From an uncultured delta proteobacterium (GTDB lineage Bacteria > Desulfobacterota > Desulfobacteria > Desulfobacterales > JAFDCJ01): a DNA stretch of 64,000 bases. The stretch lies in assembly GCA_963769935.1 (NCBI GenBank), contig CAVYNY010000022.1:672001-736000 (forward strand), written 5' to 3'. The number at the start of each line of letters is the position of its first letter. Positions within the stretch are counted from its first letter, which is position 1. Shown here in pieces: positions 1 through 10,464 of the stretch. The translations under genes and the position numbers were made by a program. The notes beneath the pieces are model-generated. The model had not been told where the DNA came from. It made no database searches and was given only the letters and a program-made list of their open reading frames with translations.

Positions 1-1384
1 CAATCAGGTCTTTGAAATTTTTCGAAGGTAAAAGCGCCTTGAAATTTTTAACGGTGGACGAACTGGTGAAGGTAATGAGATCAACGGTCTTGGCATTCAG
101 CCGTTCGATGAGCAGCTTGGCGTTATCCTGTACATTTTCGGTTCGATAGGTGGTCACTTCATCGACCTGGGCCCCCAGCGTGCGCAACTCGTCCGGCAGC
201 ACCGGCCGCGCTCCGGCGGCCCGCGGCAGCAGAATTTTTTTGTCTTTCAAATCTTCTTGGCGAAAGGCTTCAACCAAGGCTTCCGCCCGGTAGTCGGCCG
301 GGATAATGTCGCTTTTTAATCCGTAGACGAATAGTTTCTCGGCCGTGACCGGGCCGATGGCGGCGGTTCGCAGACGGTTTAAGGCGCGGACATCCCGGCC
401 CAGGCCAAAAAGGCGTTCAAAGAAAAATTTAACACCGTTGACGCTGGTGAACACAATCCAATCATAGGTGTTCAGCTTATGGATGGCATCGTTGAGGGGC
501 TTGGCGTCATCCGGGGCAACGACCCGGATGGTTGGATACTCCAGGCACTCGGCCCCCAGGTCGGACAGCCGTTTGATCAGGTCGCTGGCCTGTTCGCGCG
601 CCCGGGTAACGACGATCCGTTTACCCAGCAACGGGCGGTTTTCAAACCATTTCAGACTTTCTCTCAATTGCACAACTTCGCCGACCACGATGATCGCCGG
701 CGCTTGGAGGCCGGCTTTTTTTACCCGCTCGGCAATGTTGTCAAGGTTGCCGGCTACGGTTTGCTGGGCGGGTGTGGTGCCCCAGCTGATCAGAGCCACC
801 GGCGTATTCGGCGACCGGCCGTTGGCAATTAATTTTTGGGTGATGTCCGGTAAATTTTTTACCCCCATGAAAAACACCAGGGTTCCAATTCCGCGGGCCA
901 AGGCATCCCAGTCGATGTTTGATTCTTCCTTGCGGGGGTCTTCATGGCCGGTAATGAATGCCAGCGTGGCGGTGAGCTTACGATGGGTCAAGGGAATCCC
1001 GGCATAGGCCGCGGCAGCGACAGCCGATGTCACACCGGGCACCACCTCAAAAGGAATTCCGTTGGCCACCAGTTCTTCAGCTTCTTCACCACCACGGCCG
1101 AAGATAAACGGATCGCCGCCTTTTAGCCGACAAACTTTCAGACCGGCCTCGGCTTTTTTCACCATCAGGGCATTGATCTCAGCCTGAGGCAAGGTGTGAT
1201 CACCGCCTTTTTTGCCGACATAAATGAGTTCGGCGTTTTTCCGAGCGTGTTTCAACAGCTCCGGTGAGGCGAGATAATCATAGACAATGACCTGGGCGTC
1301 TTCAATACATTGCCGGCCTTTGACGGTAATCAAGCCCGGGTCTCCGGGGCCGGCGCCGACCAGATAAACTTTAGCTTTAGCCAT
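1..1384 (-). CDS. cobA: Uroporphyrinogen-III C-methyltransferase / uroporphyrinogen-III synthase fusion (CobA-HemD), 3' end outside window
   Basis: Translated by hand from ATG at 1384: MAKAKVYLVGAGPGDPGLITVKG...RLKGGDPFIFGRGGEE, later HemD motifs (VVTRAREQAS, FTSVNGV, AAIGPVT). Start overlaps the hemC stop. Not in the ORF track because it has no stop in the window. Confidence 0.93.
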   Translation of the reverse strand, partial: MAKAKVYLVGAGPGDPGLITVKGRQCIEDAQVIVYDYLASPELLKHARKNAELIYVGKKGGDHTLPQAEINALMVKKAEAGLKVCRLKGGDPFIFGRGGEEAEELVANGIPFEVVPGVTSAVAAAAYAGIPLTHRKLTATLAFITGHEDPRKEESNIDWDALARGIGTLVFFMGVKNLPDITQKLIANGRSPNTPVALISWGTTPAQQTVAGNLDNIAERVKKAGLQAPAIIVVGEVVQLRESLKWFENRPLLGKRIVVTRAREQASDLIKRLSDLGAECLEYPTIRVVAPDDAKPLNDAIHKLNTYDWIVFTSVNGVKFFFERLFGLGRDVRALNRLRTAAIGPVTAEKLFVYGLKSDIIPADYRAEALVEAFRQEDLKDKKILLPRAAGARPVLPDELRTLGAQVDEVTTYRTENVQDNAKLLIERLNAKTVDLITFTSSSTVKNFKALLPSKNFKDLI

Positions 1385-2318
1385 TTTCAGTTCCCATTGT
1401 CTGCAGCTGTTCCAATATCTTACCCGCACCCCGGGAAAGAAGCTGTTCCGCGAGATCGATTCCGATGGACTCTGAAGACGCCACGGGACCCGCTAACTTT
1501 GATTTGAACACCTGTGAACCGTTCAGGTCCGCTACCAGGCCGGTGAGGTGAAATTGGCGGCCCTGAATCTCGCCGTGACCGGCGATGGGCACCTGGCAGC
1601 TGCCGCCCAGGCGGTTTAAAAAGGCGCGTTCCCCCATAACGATCGCCCGGGAGTCGGGATGATCCAGGGCGGTTGTCATCGATTCGATATCCGGATCGGA
1701 CTGCCGGATCTCAATGCACAGGGCACCCTGTCCGACCGCCGGAAGCATAAGGTCGGCGTCCAGGTACTGGGTAATGCGGTGTTCGAGTTCAAGCCGTAGG
1801 ATGCCTGCTGCCGCCAGAACAATGGCGTCCAGATCGTCGGATTGCAGCTTTTTGAGGCGTGTATCCAGATTTCCCCGCAGCGGCACGATTTCAATATCCG
1901 GCCTGGCATGGCGCAGCTGGGCGGCGCGGCGCAGGCTGCTGGTTCCAATCACCGCCTCCCGGCGCAGCTCGGCAAAGCGCCGGGCGGATTTCGATATCAA
2001 CACATCGGCGGCTTCTTCGCGCTGCGGAATCGCACCGATGCAAAGACCGTCCGGTATTTCCCCCGGCATATCCTTCATGCTGTGGACCGCGATATCAATG
2101 CGATGATCCAGCAGGGCCTGTTCGATTTCTTTGACAAAAAGGCCTTTGCCGCCCACCTTGGCAAGCGGCACATCCAGAATCTTATCGCCCTTGGTTTTGA
2201 TGGTAACCAGTTCGACCGGCTGTCCGGGGAATTTTTCGTTCAGCGCCGACTTGACCCATTCGGCCTGCCACAATGCAAGCTTGCTGGCCCGGGTACCGAT
2301 TTTGATGGAGATATTCAT
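1377..2318 (-). CDS. hemC: Hydroxymethylbilane synthase (porphobilinogen deaminase)
   Basis: IGTRASKLALWQ, GGKGLFVKEIE, AVHSMKD, GTSSLRR, LRGNLDTRL, GGSCQVP; likely start MNISIK at 2318. Confidence 0.97.
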   Translation of the reverse strand: MNISIKIGTRASKLALWQAEWVKSALNEKFPGQPVELVTIKTKGDKILDVPLAKVGGKGLFVKEIEQALLDHRIDIAVHSMKDMPGEIPDGLCIGAIPQREEAADVLISKSARRFAELRREAVIGTSSLRRAAQLRHARPDIEIVPLRGNLDTRLKKLQSDDLDAIVLAAAGILRLELEHRITQYLDADLMLPAVGQGALCIEIRQSDPDIESMTTALDHPDSRAIVMGERAFLNRLGGSCQVPIAGHGEIQGRQFHLTGLVADLNGSQVFKSKLAGPVASSESIGIDLAEQLLSRGAGKILEQLQTMGTENG

Positions 2319-2545
2319 GCGTGGCCGCACCCGGCACAACTGCCGGCGGAGCAGCCGCCGCAGGAAGAGCCGGCCGAGGATGACACGGTCTGGCCGCCGG
2401 AACCCTTACTGACAAAACCGCAGGCGGACATGAGCCTGGTCACCTTTTTGCTGTTGCATTTGGTGCACTCCGGGGTATCTGAACCGATGATCAGGCATTC
2501 AAAATTTTCTCCGCATTTCTGGCAGTGATACTCATAAATCGGCAT
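2315..2545 (-). CDS. FmdB-family zinc-ribbon protein
   Basis: MPIYEYHCQKCG...CTKC...RLMS with a C-terminal CGGCSAGSCAGC tail; GGAGG upstream. Confidence 0.9.
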   Translation of the reverse strand: MPIYEYHCQKCGENFECLIIGSDTPECTKCNSKKVTRLMSACGFVSKGSGGQTVSSSAGSSCGGCSAGSCAGCGHA

Positions 2546-2570
2546 TCAATTTCCTCCTTATTAATCCGCA

Positions 2571-2661
2571 TTAATCCGCCCTGAAAAACAGGAGGTTCAG
2601 GGTTGTATAATATTCATTTAAAACCGAATAAAGTCATTAGATCGAAGCTCCGGCGGATTAA
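2571..2661. mobile_element. ~90-bp MITE-like element, copy A
   Basis: Terminal inverted repeat TTAATCCGCC...GGCGGATTAA; colinear similarity with 36295-36384. Confidence 0.6.
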
Positions 2662-2954
2662 TTACTTTAGGCTTCGCATTTTATTATGTCTGTTTTTTTT
2701 GTCTTTTCAATTTCATTATTTTTCAGGTCGATAAATTAAAATCAAGACAAAATGATAATCATCGACGATTAGAATTCAAGATATCCAAAAACCAGCGGCC
2801 GCCGGAAGTTTGGGAGTGCACTCTTCTTTTTTGCATTGAACGGCAGGCCGCCTTTACGTGATTGTATTCCGCTGGATATATTATTAACAATCTTCATCCT
2901 TTCTCCTTCAGTCATATTCCCTCTGCCCTGCGCCGTTGGCCCTTTGCCCCGCGT

Positions 2955-3902
2955 CTATCCGATCTCTTCGATAACACCCGCAGCGATCAGAGGCAGCAGA
3001 ATTTCATGATGTCCGACGAGGTTGAATCCGCGGCCGCCTTTGGCTGTGGGCCGGTTGACCACATTCGTAAGGGGACGGTAATGCTTGATGAAATCCAAGT
3101 TGACCGTGGTAAAGTCCGAAAGTTCATACCCCAGATTGCGGGCCAGGGTGGCGGCCTTTAGAAATATTTCCGGCAAAATGACGGCCGACCCCACGTTTAA
3201 ATAAACCCCCTTTTCAAGGGCGGCTACAAGGGAGGCAAACAGGCGAAAATCGCGGTGGGAAGCTGCGCCGGCTCTTGCCGCATCAAATTCAGGATGCATG
3301 TGAATAATATCGGTACCGATGGCAACATGAACGGTTACCGGAATGCCCAGACGGGCGCCCGCCGCCAGGATACTTTTGTCCGCCAGAGGCAGCCTCTTTT
3401 CCAATATTACCCGGCCGACCGCCTCGCCGAGTCCCGTCTTATCATCAGCAGTGAGCGCCAGGGCATCCGCAATAAGCCCGCAGGTTTCCCGTGCCATGCC
3501 GAACGAACCATCACCGATGGCCGCGGCGACATCCTCGGAGGTTTGTCCGAGCAGGGCGAGTTCCAGATCATGGATGATGCCCGCGCCGTTCATTGCCACA
3601 GCGGTTATGATGCCGCGTTCCATCAGGTCGATGACGACGGGATTGAGTCCGACTTTAATTACATGGGCGCCCATGCCGAAAATGATGGTCCGTTCAGTTC
3701 GATAGGCCTTTATAATGGCGGATATGACGTCTTTAAGCTGCCTGCCGGCCAGGATGTCGGGCAAATTCGCCAGGAAATCGCGGTAGGAGGATCCTTTCCG
3801 CCAGGTTTTGGCAAAATCGCCGGTGCTGACTTTGCTTTTACGGTCGGCCAAGCTGTAAGTATGGATGCCGCTTAGGTCGATAGGTTTGAATTTGTCGGAC
3901 AT
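2955..3902 (-). CDS. Conserved protein with deoxyhypusine-synthase-like features
   Basis: GMGAHVIKVGL, MNGAGIIHD, VHVAIGTDIIH, NVGSAVILPEIFLK, GHHEILLPL. Confidence 0.7.
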   Translation of the reverse strand: MSDKFKPIDLSGIHTYSLADRKSKVSTGDFAKTWRKGSSYRDFLANLPDILAGRQLKDVISAIIKAYRTERTIIFGMGAHVIKVGLNPVVIDLMERGIITAVAMNGAGIIHDLELALLGQTSEDVAAAIGDGSFGMARETCGLIADALALTADDKTGLGEAVGRVILEKRLPLADKSILAAGARLGIPVTVHVAIGTDIIHMHPEFDAARAGAASHRDFRLFASLVAALEKGVYLNVGSAVILPEIFLKAATLARNLGYELSDFTTVNLDFIKHYRPLTNVVNRPTAKGGRGFNLVGHHEILLPLIAAGVIEEIG

Positions 3903-3920
3903 ATTATTCCTGGGGGATCT

Positions 3921-4092
3921 GTTGTTTGTTATTGGTTATTGGATACTTGTTGTTCAGAAGACTTTGTTCTCAATCAGGCGTATTTGCCTGATGTAAGTTG
4001 TCTGTTGTGTGTTGTTTGCTGGGCAACGAATGAATTAATAAATACAGGTTAGTTACGTCTGCGGTCTGCAGCCAGACAACAGACCGCACATA
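3921..4092. repeat. Heptamer-arm hairpin element(s), GTTRTY-type
   Basis: gttgttt gttattg gttattg gatactt gttgttc; gttgtct gttgtgt gttgttt; complementary arm ccagaca acagacc gcacata. Confidence 0.6.
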
Positions 4093-4103
4093 AATTTTTA
4101 AAA

Positions 4104-4183
4104 ATATGAATTTAGGACGAATTGGCAGTCATTTTCATAATTACTCCGAATTCCTCGTTCCCCATTACGTTATTCATAGCTCC
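4104..4183. repeat. Degenerate heptamer-arm element immediately after the gmhA stop
   Basis: 7-bp periodic ttactcc gaattcc tcgttcc cattacg ttattca tagctcc. Confidence 0.45.
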
Positions 4184-4789
4184 CTAATCCCTAAATTCAT
4201 CGGGGTACAGCTTTCTTTCCAGCAGCTCGCATAGAATATGACCCAATGTAATGTGGCTTTCCTGGATTCTGGCGGTTGTATCGGACGCCACCGAAAAAAC
4301 CAGGTCGGCACAGGCCGCCAGTTCACCGCCGCGCCCGGTCATGCCGATGGTTCTCATCCCAATTATACGTCCCGATTTTATGGCCTTGATGACATTGGCG
4401 GAATTGCCGCTGGTACTGATGCCCCAGGCAATGTCTCCCGGCTTACCGAGGGCTTCAATCTGTTTGGCAAAGATGTCGACAAAATCATAATCATTACCAA
4501 TGCTGGTGAGAATGGAGGTGTCCGTTGTCAGGGCGACGGCGGCCAGGGGAGGGCGTTCGATCTGAAAGCGGTTGACGAGTTCGGCTGCCAGATGCTGGGC
4601 ATCGGCCGCGCTGCCGCCGTTGCCGAAGATAAGTACCTTGTTGCCCGCTGTGATACAGTCGGCCAGCATCTCCGCCGCCTGCCGGATGGTGTCGATATTG
4701 TTTTCGATGCAACTACGCTTTGCCGCGATGCTGTCTTCGAGTATATTCAGGATGATTTTTTTCAATTTCTTTAATATCCGCCGAGGCAT
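4184..4789 (-). CDS. gmhA: Phosphoheptose isomerase
   Basis: FGNGGSAADAQHLAAEL, SIGNDYDF, ISTSGNS, ARIQESH; true start may be TTG at 4765. Confidence 0.95.
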   Translation of the reverse strand: MPRRILKKLKKIILNILEDSIAAKRSCIENNIDTIRQAAEMLADCITAGNKVLIFGNGGSAADAQHLAAELVNRFQIERPPLAAVALTTDTSILTSIGNDYDFVDIFAKQIEALGKPGDIAWGISTSGNSANVIKAIKSGRIIGMRTIGMTGRGGELAACADLVFSVASDTTARIQESHITLGHILCELLERKLYPDEFRD

Positions 4790-6086
4790 CGTAACCCAGT
4801 TTTACTGCCATTTTAAACTCTTTCAAGGCGTCTTCGAAGCGGCTTTGATTGGAATAAAGCCGGCCCAGGCGATAACGGAAAAGACCGTTGTCGGGTGCCA
4901 GTCCCACGCTCTCGCGGCAGAACATCAGTGTAATTTCCGGATTTTCGCCCTGGACATCAAACAGACATCCCAGGGACGACATGGAGGCTGCATCCTGCGG
5001 ATTCAGCTTAATGGCTTTTCTATAGGCCGAGATGGCCTCCTGCGGGCTGTTGTCGGCGGCATAGCAGTCACCCAGAAAGCGATACACCGCACCGGATTTC
5101 GGTTCGAGCGCTGCCGCCCGCTCGAGAAATGGCCGGCCTTTGGCCGATTCACCCAGATCCAGATAGAGCTTGCCGGTTTGGAAAGCCACTTCATAAGCAG
5201 CGCCGTTTATTTTATCCGCCGCAAGGAAAAGTTCAAGGGCCCGTTCCGGCTGTTCCGTCAACACATGGACCAATCCCAGGTTGTAAAGGGCCATATACTC
5301 TTCAGTTTCTAATGACAGGGCCGATTCGAATTCTTTGATCGCCTTGGGATAGTCGCCCTGCAGACCATAGCATACGCCGAGGCTGTTGTGCACATTGAAA
5401 TTGGAGGGGTCAAGTTCGAGTGCTTTTTTAAACTCGGCGATGGCCTCCTGAATTTGGCCCTGTTCATAGAGTTGGTCACCGCTGATATTCAAACTGACAC
5501 TGTCGAAAATCACCGCGCTGTCGGGACCCAAAAAAGTTGCATGTTCAAGGGCCTTGCGGGCATTGTCCAGAATTTCGGATTTCTGATACGCAAGGGTGGG
5601 ATATGCGGCAACGCCGACCGTAATCGTCTGCCGGGTATTGTCCTTCAGGCGTCTCTGAACATCGCGGGCCATCGCAAGGGCTTGCGTTCCGGTTTTATCC
5701 GGGAAAAATCCGCTCAGCTGTCCGGATTTAAAGGCACCCCACATTCCGTTTTCTTCCCGGCACAGCGACGCCAGGATTGCGAAAACTTCAGCCGGCCTGC
5801 CAACCGGTTCCGGACCGGCCGAATTTTCATCTCCCGGCAGGGCCGGATCCAGCCGGATTGCCATGGCGGCGAACCGACCGGCAGATTCCAGTTGTTGCAG
5901 GGCCTGATCGAGGAAGTGAGCATCCCAAAGTATATCCGGATAAGTTAGTTGCAGCACCCGATCCGCGTCGTCGCTCTCATGACGGTCGACTTCTTTTAAA
6001 CGCCCGGTGTCCGTCTTGGAAAACAAAAAGGGCCGCGCAGATCCGCGGCTGGGAAGCAGGGAGGTTTTTCCAGCGGTCATGTTCAT
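4713..6086 (-). CDS. Degenerate GGDEF/nucleotide-cyclase-like domain plus TPR repeats
   Basis: TITVGVAAYP...ILDNARKALEHA (GGDEF C-terminal pattern, no GGDEF motif), then multiple TPRs (HNSLGVCYG, LYNLGLVH, YRFLGDCY). Confidence 0.75.
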   Translation of the reverse strand: MNMTAGKTSLLPSRGSARPFLFSKTDTGRLKEVDRHESDDADRVLQLTYPDILWDAHFLDQALQQLESAGRFAAMAIRLDPALPGDENSAGPEPVGRPAEVFAILASLCREENGMWGAFKSGQLSGFFPDKTGTQALAMARDVQRRLKDNTRQTITVGVAAYPTLAYQKSEILDNARKALEHATFLGPDSAVIFDSVSLNISGDQLYEQGQIQEAIAEFKKALELDPSNFNVHNSLGVCYGLQGDYPKAIKEFESALSLETEEYMALYNLGLVHVLTEQPERALELFLAADKINGAAYEVAFQTGKLYLDLGESAKGRPFLERAAALEPKSGAVYRFLGDCYAADNSPQEAISAYRKAIKLNPQDAASMSSLGCLFDVQGENPEITLMFCRESVGLAPDNGLFRYRLGRLYSNQSRFEDALKEFKMAVKLGYDASADIKEIEKNHPEYTRRQHRGKA

Positions 6087-7507
6087 ACTCTTTTCAGCAC
6101 AGTTTCAAAGGCCGACCGAATAATCGGCAGATCATCTTCCTGGAGAGTTCTGGGGTCCACGACAAACCCATCATCTTCGATGCGTCCGATAATCGGTGGG
6201 GAATTTTGGCGCATATTTTTTTCCAGGGTGTTGACCGATATGCCCTGAATCTTTATTCTCAGGCATCTGCTCGGCAGATCCAAAAGCGGCAGGGCACCGC
6301 CGCCGGCCTTGGATGAAAGATCGACCAGGGTGATTTGCAGACGGGAGTCGCCGATTTCATTGAGACTTTCAGCAAGTCGGGACGCGCGGTTTACGATTGC
6401 GTCCAGGTGCATGGTCAACATTCGCAGAGTTGGAATGGTGCGAATTGCTTTTTCTTCCTCACGATATAAACGCAAAGTGGCTTCCAGGGCCGCCAGGGTC
6501 ATTTTGTCGATGCGCAGGGCTCGGGCCAGCGGGTTTTGCCTGACCTGGTCCAGGATCGGTTTTTTACCAACGATTAATCCGGCCTGAGGACCGCCGAGGA
6601 GTTTATCGCCGCTGAAAGTCACCACATCCGCTCCGGCGGCGACCGACTCCTGCACGGTCGGTTCTTTGACCAGACCGTATTTTGAAAAATCGACAAACGT
6701 GCCGCTGCCGAGGTCTTCCATGACCGGTTGGCCGTGCCGGGCGCCCAGCGCAACCAGTTCCTTCAGCGAGACTTCGGCCGTAAATCCTACGATGCTGTAA
6801 TTGCTGCGATGGACCTTCAGCAACAGGGCGGTGCGCTCATTAATCGCCAGTTCATAGTCTTTCAGATGAGTGCGGTTGGTAGTGCCGACTTCTCTTAAAA
6901 TCCCCCCGCTTTTTGCCATTACATCCGGTACTCTGAAGGAGCCGCCGATTTCCACCAATTCGCCCCGGGAGACGATGACCTCTTTGTTCCTGAGCGATGG
7001 TTTCCAGGCAGAGCAGCACCGCCGCCGCATTGTTGTTGACCACCAATCCGGCCTCAGCGCCGCTGATCTCACACAGGATTTCTTCGATGCTGCTGTAGCG
7101 GGAGCCCCGTTTGCCGGCCTCAAGATCGTACTCCAGATTGGAATAGCAGCCGGCAATCAGCGCCACGTTTTCCAATACCACTTCCGGGAGCAGTGAACGG
7201 CCCAGATTGGTGTGTACGACGACTCCGGTGGCATTGACGAGATGCTTCAAATTCGGGCGTCATGGCCCTGCCGACGGCTGCCTTGACCGAATCCATTATC
7301 AGCGCAATCCGGCAGGCTTTCGGCGGCGAGGTTTTGATCGGCGGCCAGAATACGACGGCGGCGGGAATCCAATGTCTGCCGGACGGAGCTGACCACCACC
7401 GTTTTCGGAATGTCCTCGAAAAACGGGTCATGTTTGCAACGCTCCAGGACCAGATCCACGCCGGGCAGCATGCGCAGCAGCTTTTGCTGATTGTCGGTTA
7501 AATTCAT
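6083..7507 (-). CDS. selA: L-seryl-tRNA(Sec) selenium transferase, split by ~3 indels (probably sequencing errors)
   Basis: [65 protein letters not shown]; frame changes near 7305, 7255 and 6990. Confidence 0.92.
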
Positions 7508-7509
7508 CT

Positions 7510-8874
7510 TTACTTTTGCCCCAAGGCCAGTTCCGGTGACGATTCAAATACCCGCAGCGGGATAAGGTCCACAATATCGGGAAATCTTTCAATTGACAAT
7601 CCCAGAACCGCCAGCCTGGCCGAAAGGGCGGCAGTATCCAGCCGGTCGAGCTCCAGGCCGGCGTGGAACCTGGACATCAGAAGATCCGCCAGATAAACGG
7701 TGTGCGCCAGTTCAAGATTTTGGATAGCGTTTTCCGGCTTGTGATGATGCCGGATAACGTCGATTAAAGATTCCGGAAAGGACCAGCGGCGGGCCAGCTC
7801 GCTGCCGACCTCCGTATGATCGATGCCGAGAATTGTCTTTTCGGTTTCCGAAAAATTATTTTCTTCTTCATTCAGCTTGCGGTAAAAAAGGGGATACGCC
7901 GAGCTCACATATTGATCGAGTACGACCTTGCCGATATCATGCAGCAGCCCCGCCGTATAGGCCGAGCCTGGTTTTACCCGGCCCGTCAAATCGGCCAGTT
8001 TCTCCGCGATGACGGCCGTACCGATCGCATGATGAAAAAGACCGCCCTTGCACAATGAATATCCCGACCCCGAATAGCTGAAAAAGTTGTCCACTGAAGC
8101 GGAAATAACCAGTTTAATAAGCATTTGCAACCCGATGTAAATCAGGGCATGATCAAGGGACTCGATTTTATTGCTGCCGGCAAATATGACACTGTTGCAA
8201 AGCTTCAGCGTTTTAGCGCTGATCACCTGATCTTTGCGTATTTCCGTGGTCAGCGCTTTGATATCGTATTCCTCCTCATCGATCAGCCGCAGAATTTTAA
8301 GCGCGACCTGGGGTATCGGCTGGATGGACTCCAGGGACTGCTCGATTTCCCTCGTCGATGGTACCTGAATTTGAGTCCGGCTGCCGGCGGCAGCCTTATC
8401 AAAGCCGGATGGTTTGATGTCACACTGCCAGGTGGTTAAATCCAGACTCAAACTGCAGGTAAAAAATCCGCCGGTTTCTGATTGTTCGATCGGAATATTT
8501 TCTTCTTTGAGAAAGCTCATGACCGTTTCAGCCGTCCGTCCGCCGATGTCCAATTGCAAATCCCTGCTGAACACGGGGCCCACCAGGGCGCCGCCGGCAA
8601 TATAGGCTTTTAGATGTTTTTTTGAAGCACCTTCATCGAAAAGGGACTTGAGAAAAATGGGGAATCCGGTTGACGCATACTTTTCCGGCTGGAAGGAGCC
8701 GGACAAAGAAATCGGCTCGGGCAGCAGCAAATGCATCAGGCCGCCCACTCCCGTTTGCGCGTCGTAGAGGGCAACGCCGACGCAGGTCCCGAGAAAAGCC
8801 TCAAGAACAAGCGGTTTCATACGACTTATGTAGTAACTGCCGGAGGCAACATGGTAGTGCTGTCGAGTTTGCAT
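7510..8874 (-). CDS. CheD-like deamidase domain fused to an HDOD domain
   Basis: N-terminal LGTCVGVALYD...GGLMHLLLP...KYA...AGGA; C-terminal PIPQVALKIL, DQVISAKTLKLCNS, TAGLLHDIGK, DHTEVG..LARRWSFP. Confidence 0.88.
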   Translation of the reverse strand: MQTRQHYHVASGSYYISRMKPLVLEAFLGTCVGVALYDAQTGVGGLMHLLLPEPISLSGSFQPEKYASTGFPIFLKSLFDEGASKKHLKAYIAGGALVGPVFSRDLQLDIGGRTAETVMSFLKEENIPIEQSETGGFFTCSLSLDLTTWQCDIKPSGFDKAAAGSRTQIQVPSTREIEQSLESIQPIPQVALKILRLIDEEEYDIKALTTEIRKDQVISAKTLKLCNSVIFAGSNKIESLDHALIYIGLQMLIKLVISASVDNFFSYSGSGYSLCKGGLFHHAIGTAVIAEKLADLTGRVKPGSAYTAGLLHDIGKVVLDQYVSSAYPLFYRKLNEEENNFSETEKTILGIDHTEVGSELARRWSFPESLIDVIRHHHKPENAIQNLELAHTVYLADLLMSRFHAGLELDRLDTAALSARLAVLGLSIERFPDIVDLIPLRVFESSPELALGQK

Positions 8875-9041
8875 GAAATTTCCAGGTTAATGGTATTTGC
8901 CTGTAAATATTACAAATAGATATATATACCGTGTATGGTCGATTATTTCAATAAATTTCTGTACCCCGGGCAGCTAGACTGCGTTATTTACACAGTTTAT
9001 TTAATTAAAATATGACAACAACTTGCTTGCTGAAGATTACG

Positions 9042-9213
9042 AAAATTCCAAGCACCAAAAACCAAATTCCAAACGAATACCAATGACCGAAATTCAAAAT
9101 TCAAAACAGGTCCAATTGTTGCGGAGAGTCAATTAAGTGATCGGGATGGTTTGTTCATTGGAATTTCGGATTTGGATATTATTTGTAATTTGGTGCTTGG
9201 GATTTGAAATTTT
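9042..9213. repeat. Heptamer-arm inverted-repeat element
   Basis: Left arm aattcca agcacca aaaacca aattcca...; right arm ...tttgtaatttggtgcttgggatttg; ccaagcaccaaa and tttggtgcttgg are exact reverse complements. Confidence 0.8.
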
Positions 9214-9281
9214 ATTGTCTTACAGAATCTTTTAATCTAATAAGAATTTATCAACTTTGAACGCATAAGTCTGGAGGTGCC

Positions 9282-10335
9282 ATGCAAAATATTCTGGTTA
9301 CCGGCGGTTGCGGTTTTATCGGGACCGGTTTTATTCGTCATCTGCTGCTGGATTCCGACTTTGACGGGCGCATAATTAACCTCGACAAGCTTACCTATGC
9401 CGGCAATCCCGAAAATCTAGCCGATTTCAGCCAGGCGGCCACCGGACGCTATATTTTCATAAAGGCCGATATATGTGATGCGAACGCTGTTAGCCGGGCA
9501 TTTGACAGATACGAGATCGATGCGGTGTGCCATTTTGCGGCCGAATCGCATGTCGACCGTTCGATTGTTGCGCCGGATGCCTTTATCAAAACCAATATTG
9601 CGGGAACATTCAACCTGCTTGAAGCCGCCCGACGGCATTCCAACCGGCTGGTTCTCTTTCATCATGTGAGCACCGATGAAGTCTACGGTTCGCTGGGAGC
9701 GGACGGTTTTTTTACCGAACAAACCCCATACAGGCCCAACAGCCCGTACTCGGCGTCCAAGGCGGCCTCCGATCACCTGGTCCGGGCCTACAGCAAAACT
9801 TACGCGTCTGCCGGTAACCATATCCAATTGTTCAAATAATTACGGCCCTTACCAGTTTCCCGAAAAATTGATACCGCTGATGATATTAAATGCTCTGGAA
9901 GACAAACCACTGCCGGTCTACGGTGAAGGCAAAAATGTCAGGGACTGGCTGTATGTCGAGGATCACTGCCGGGCCGTGTGGGAAATCATGAAAAGGGGCA
10001 CACGGGGACAAACCTACAATATCGGGGGCCGCTGTGAATTGGCCAATCTCGATACCGTCAACATGCTTTGCGATTTGCTGGATGAGATGGCGCCCCGGGC
10101 CGACCAATCTTCCCGCCGGGATTTGATCACCTTTGTAAAAGACAGGCCAGGCCATGATTTGAGATATGCCATCGACTGCAGCAAGCTGGAAAATGAACTG
10201 GGCTGGGCGCCCCGGGAATCTTTTGAATCCGGACTCAGAAAGACGATTCAATGGTATCTGGACAATCCGCAGTGGATACAAAGGGTCAAAAGCGGGGAAT
10301 ATTTGAAATGGATGGAAGAACACTATGGTGAATGA
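9282..10335 (+). CDS. rfbB: dTDP-glucose 4,6-dehydratase, one frameshift near 9805 (probable error)
   Basis: [44 protein letters not shown]; second frame [28 protein letters not shown]. Confidence 0.94.
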
Positions 10336-10449
10336 AGAATGTCGAATCCACCCGAGGCGGACAAGTGTCGAATTGATGAATCCTATCTATGATCATTAAA
10401 ATGCAAGAGCGAAGCGATACCATCATTCGTCAATCGTCATGCGACATTT
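10330..10449. repeat. Heptamer-arm element (GAATGWC type) overlapping the rfbB stop
   Basis: gaatgaa gaatgtc gaat...attcgtc aatcgtc atgcgac att; contains tccacccgaggcgga and gagcgaagcga sub-motifs. Confidence 0.7.
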
Positions 10450-10464
10450 CTAAAGGTTACTAAA

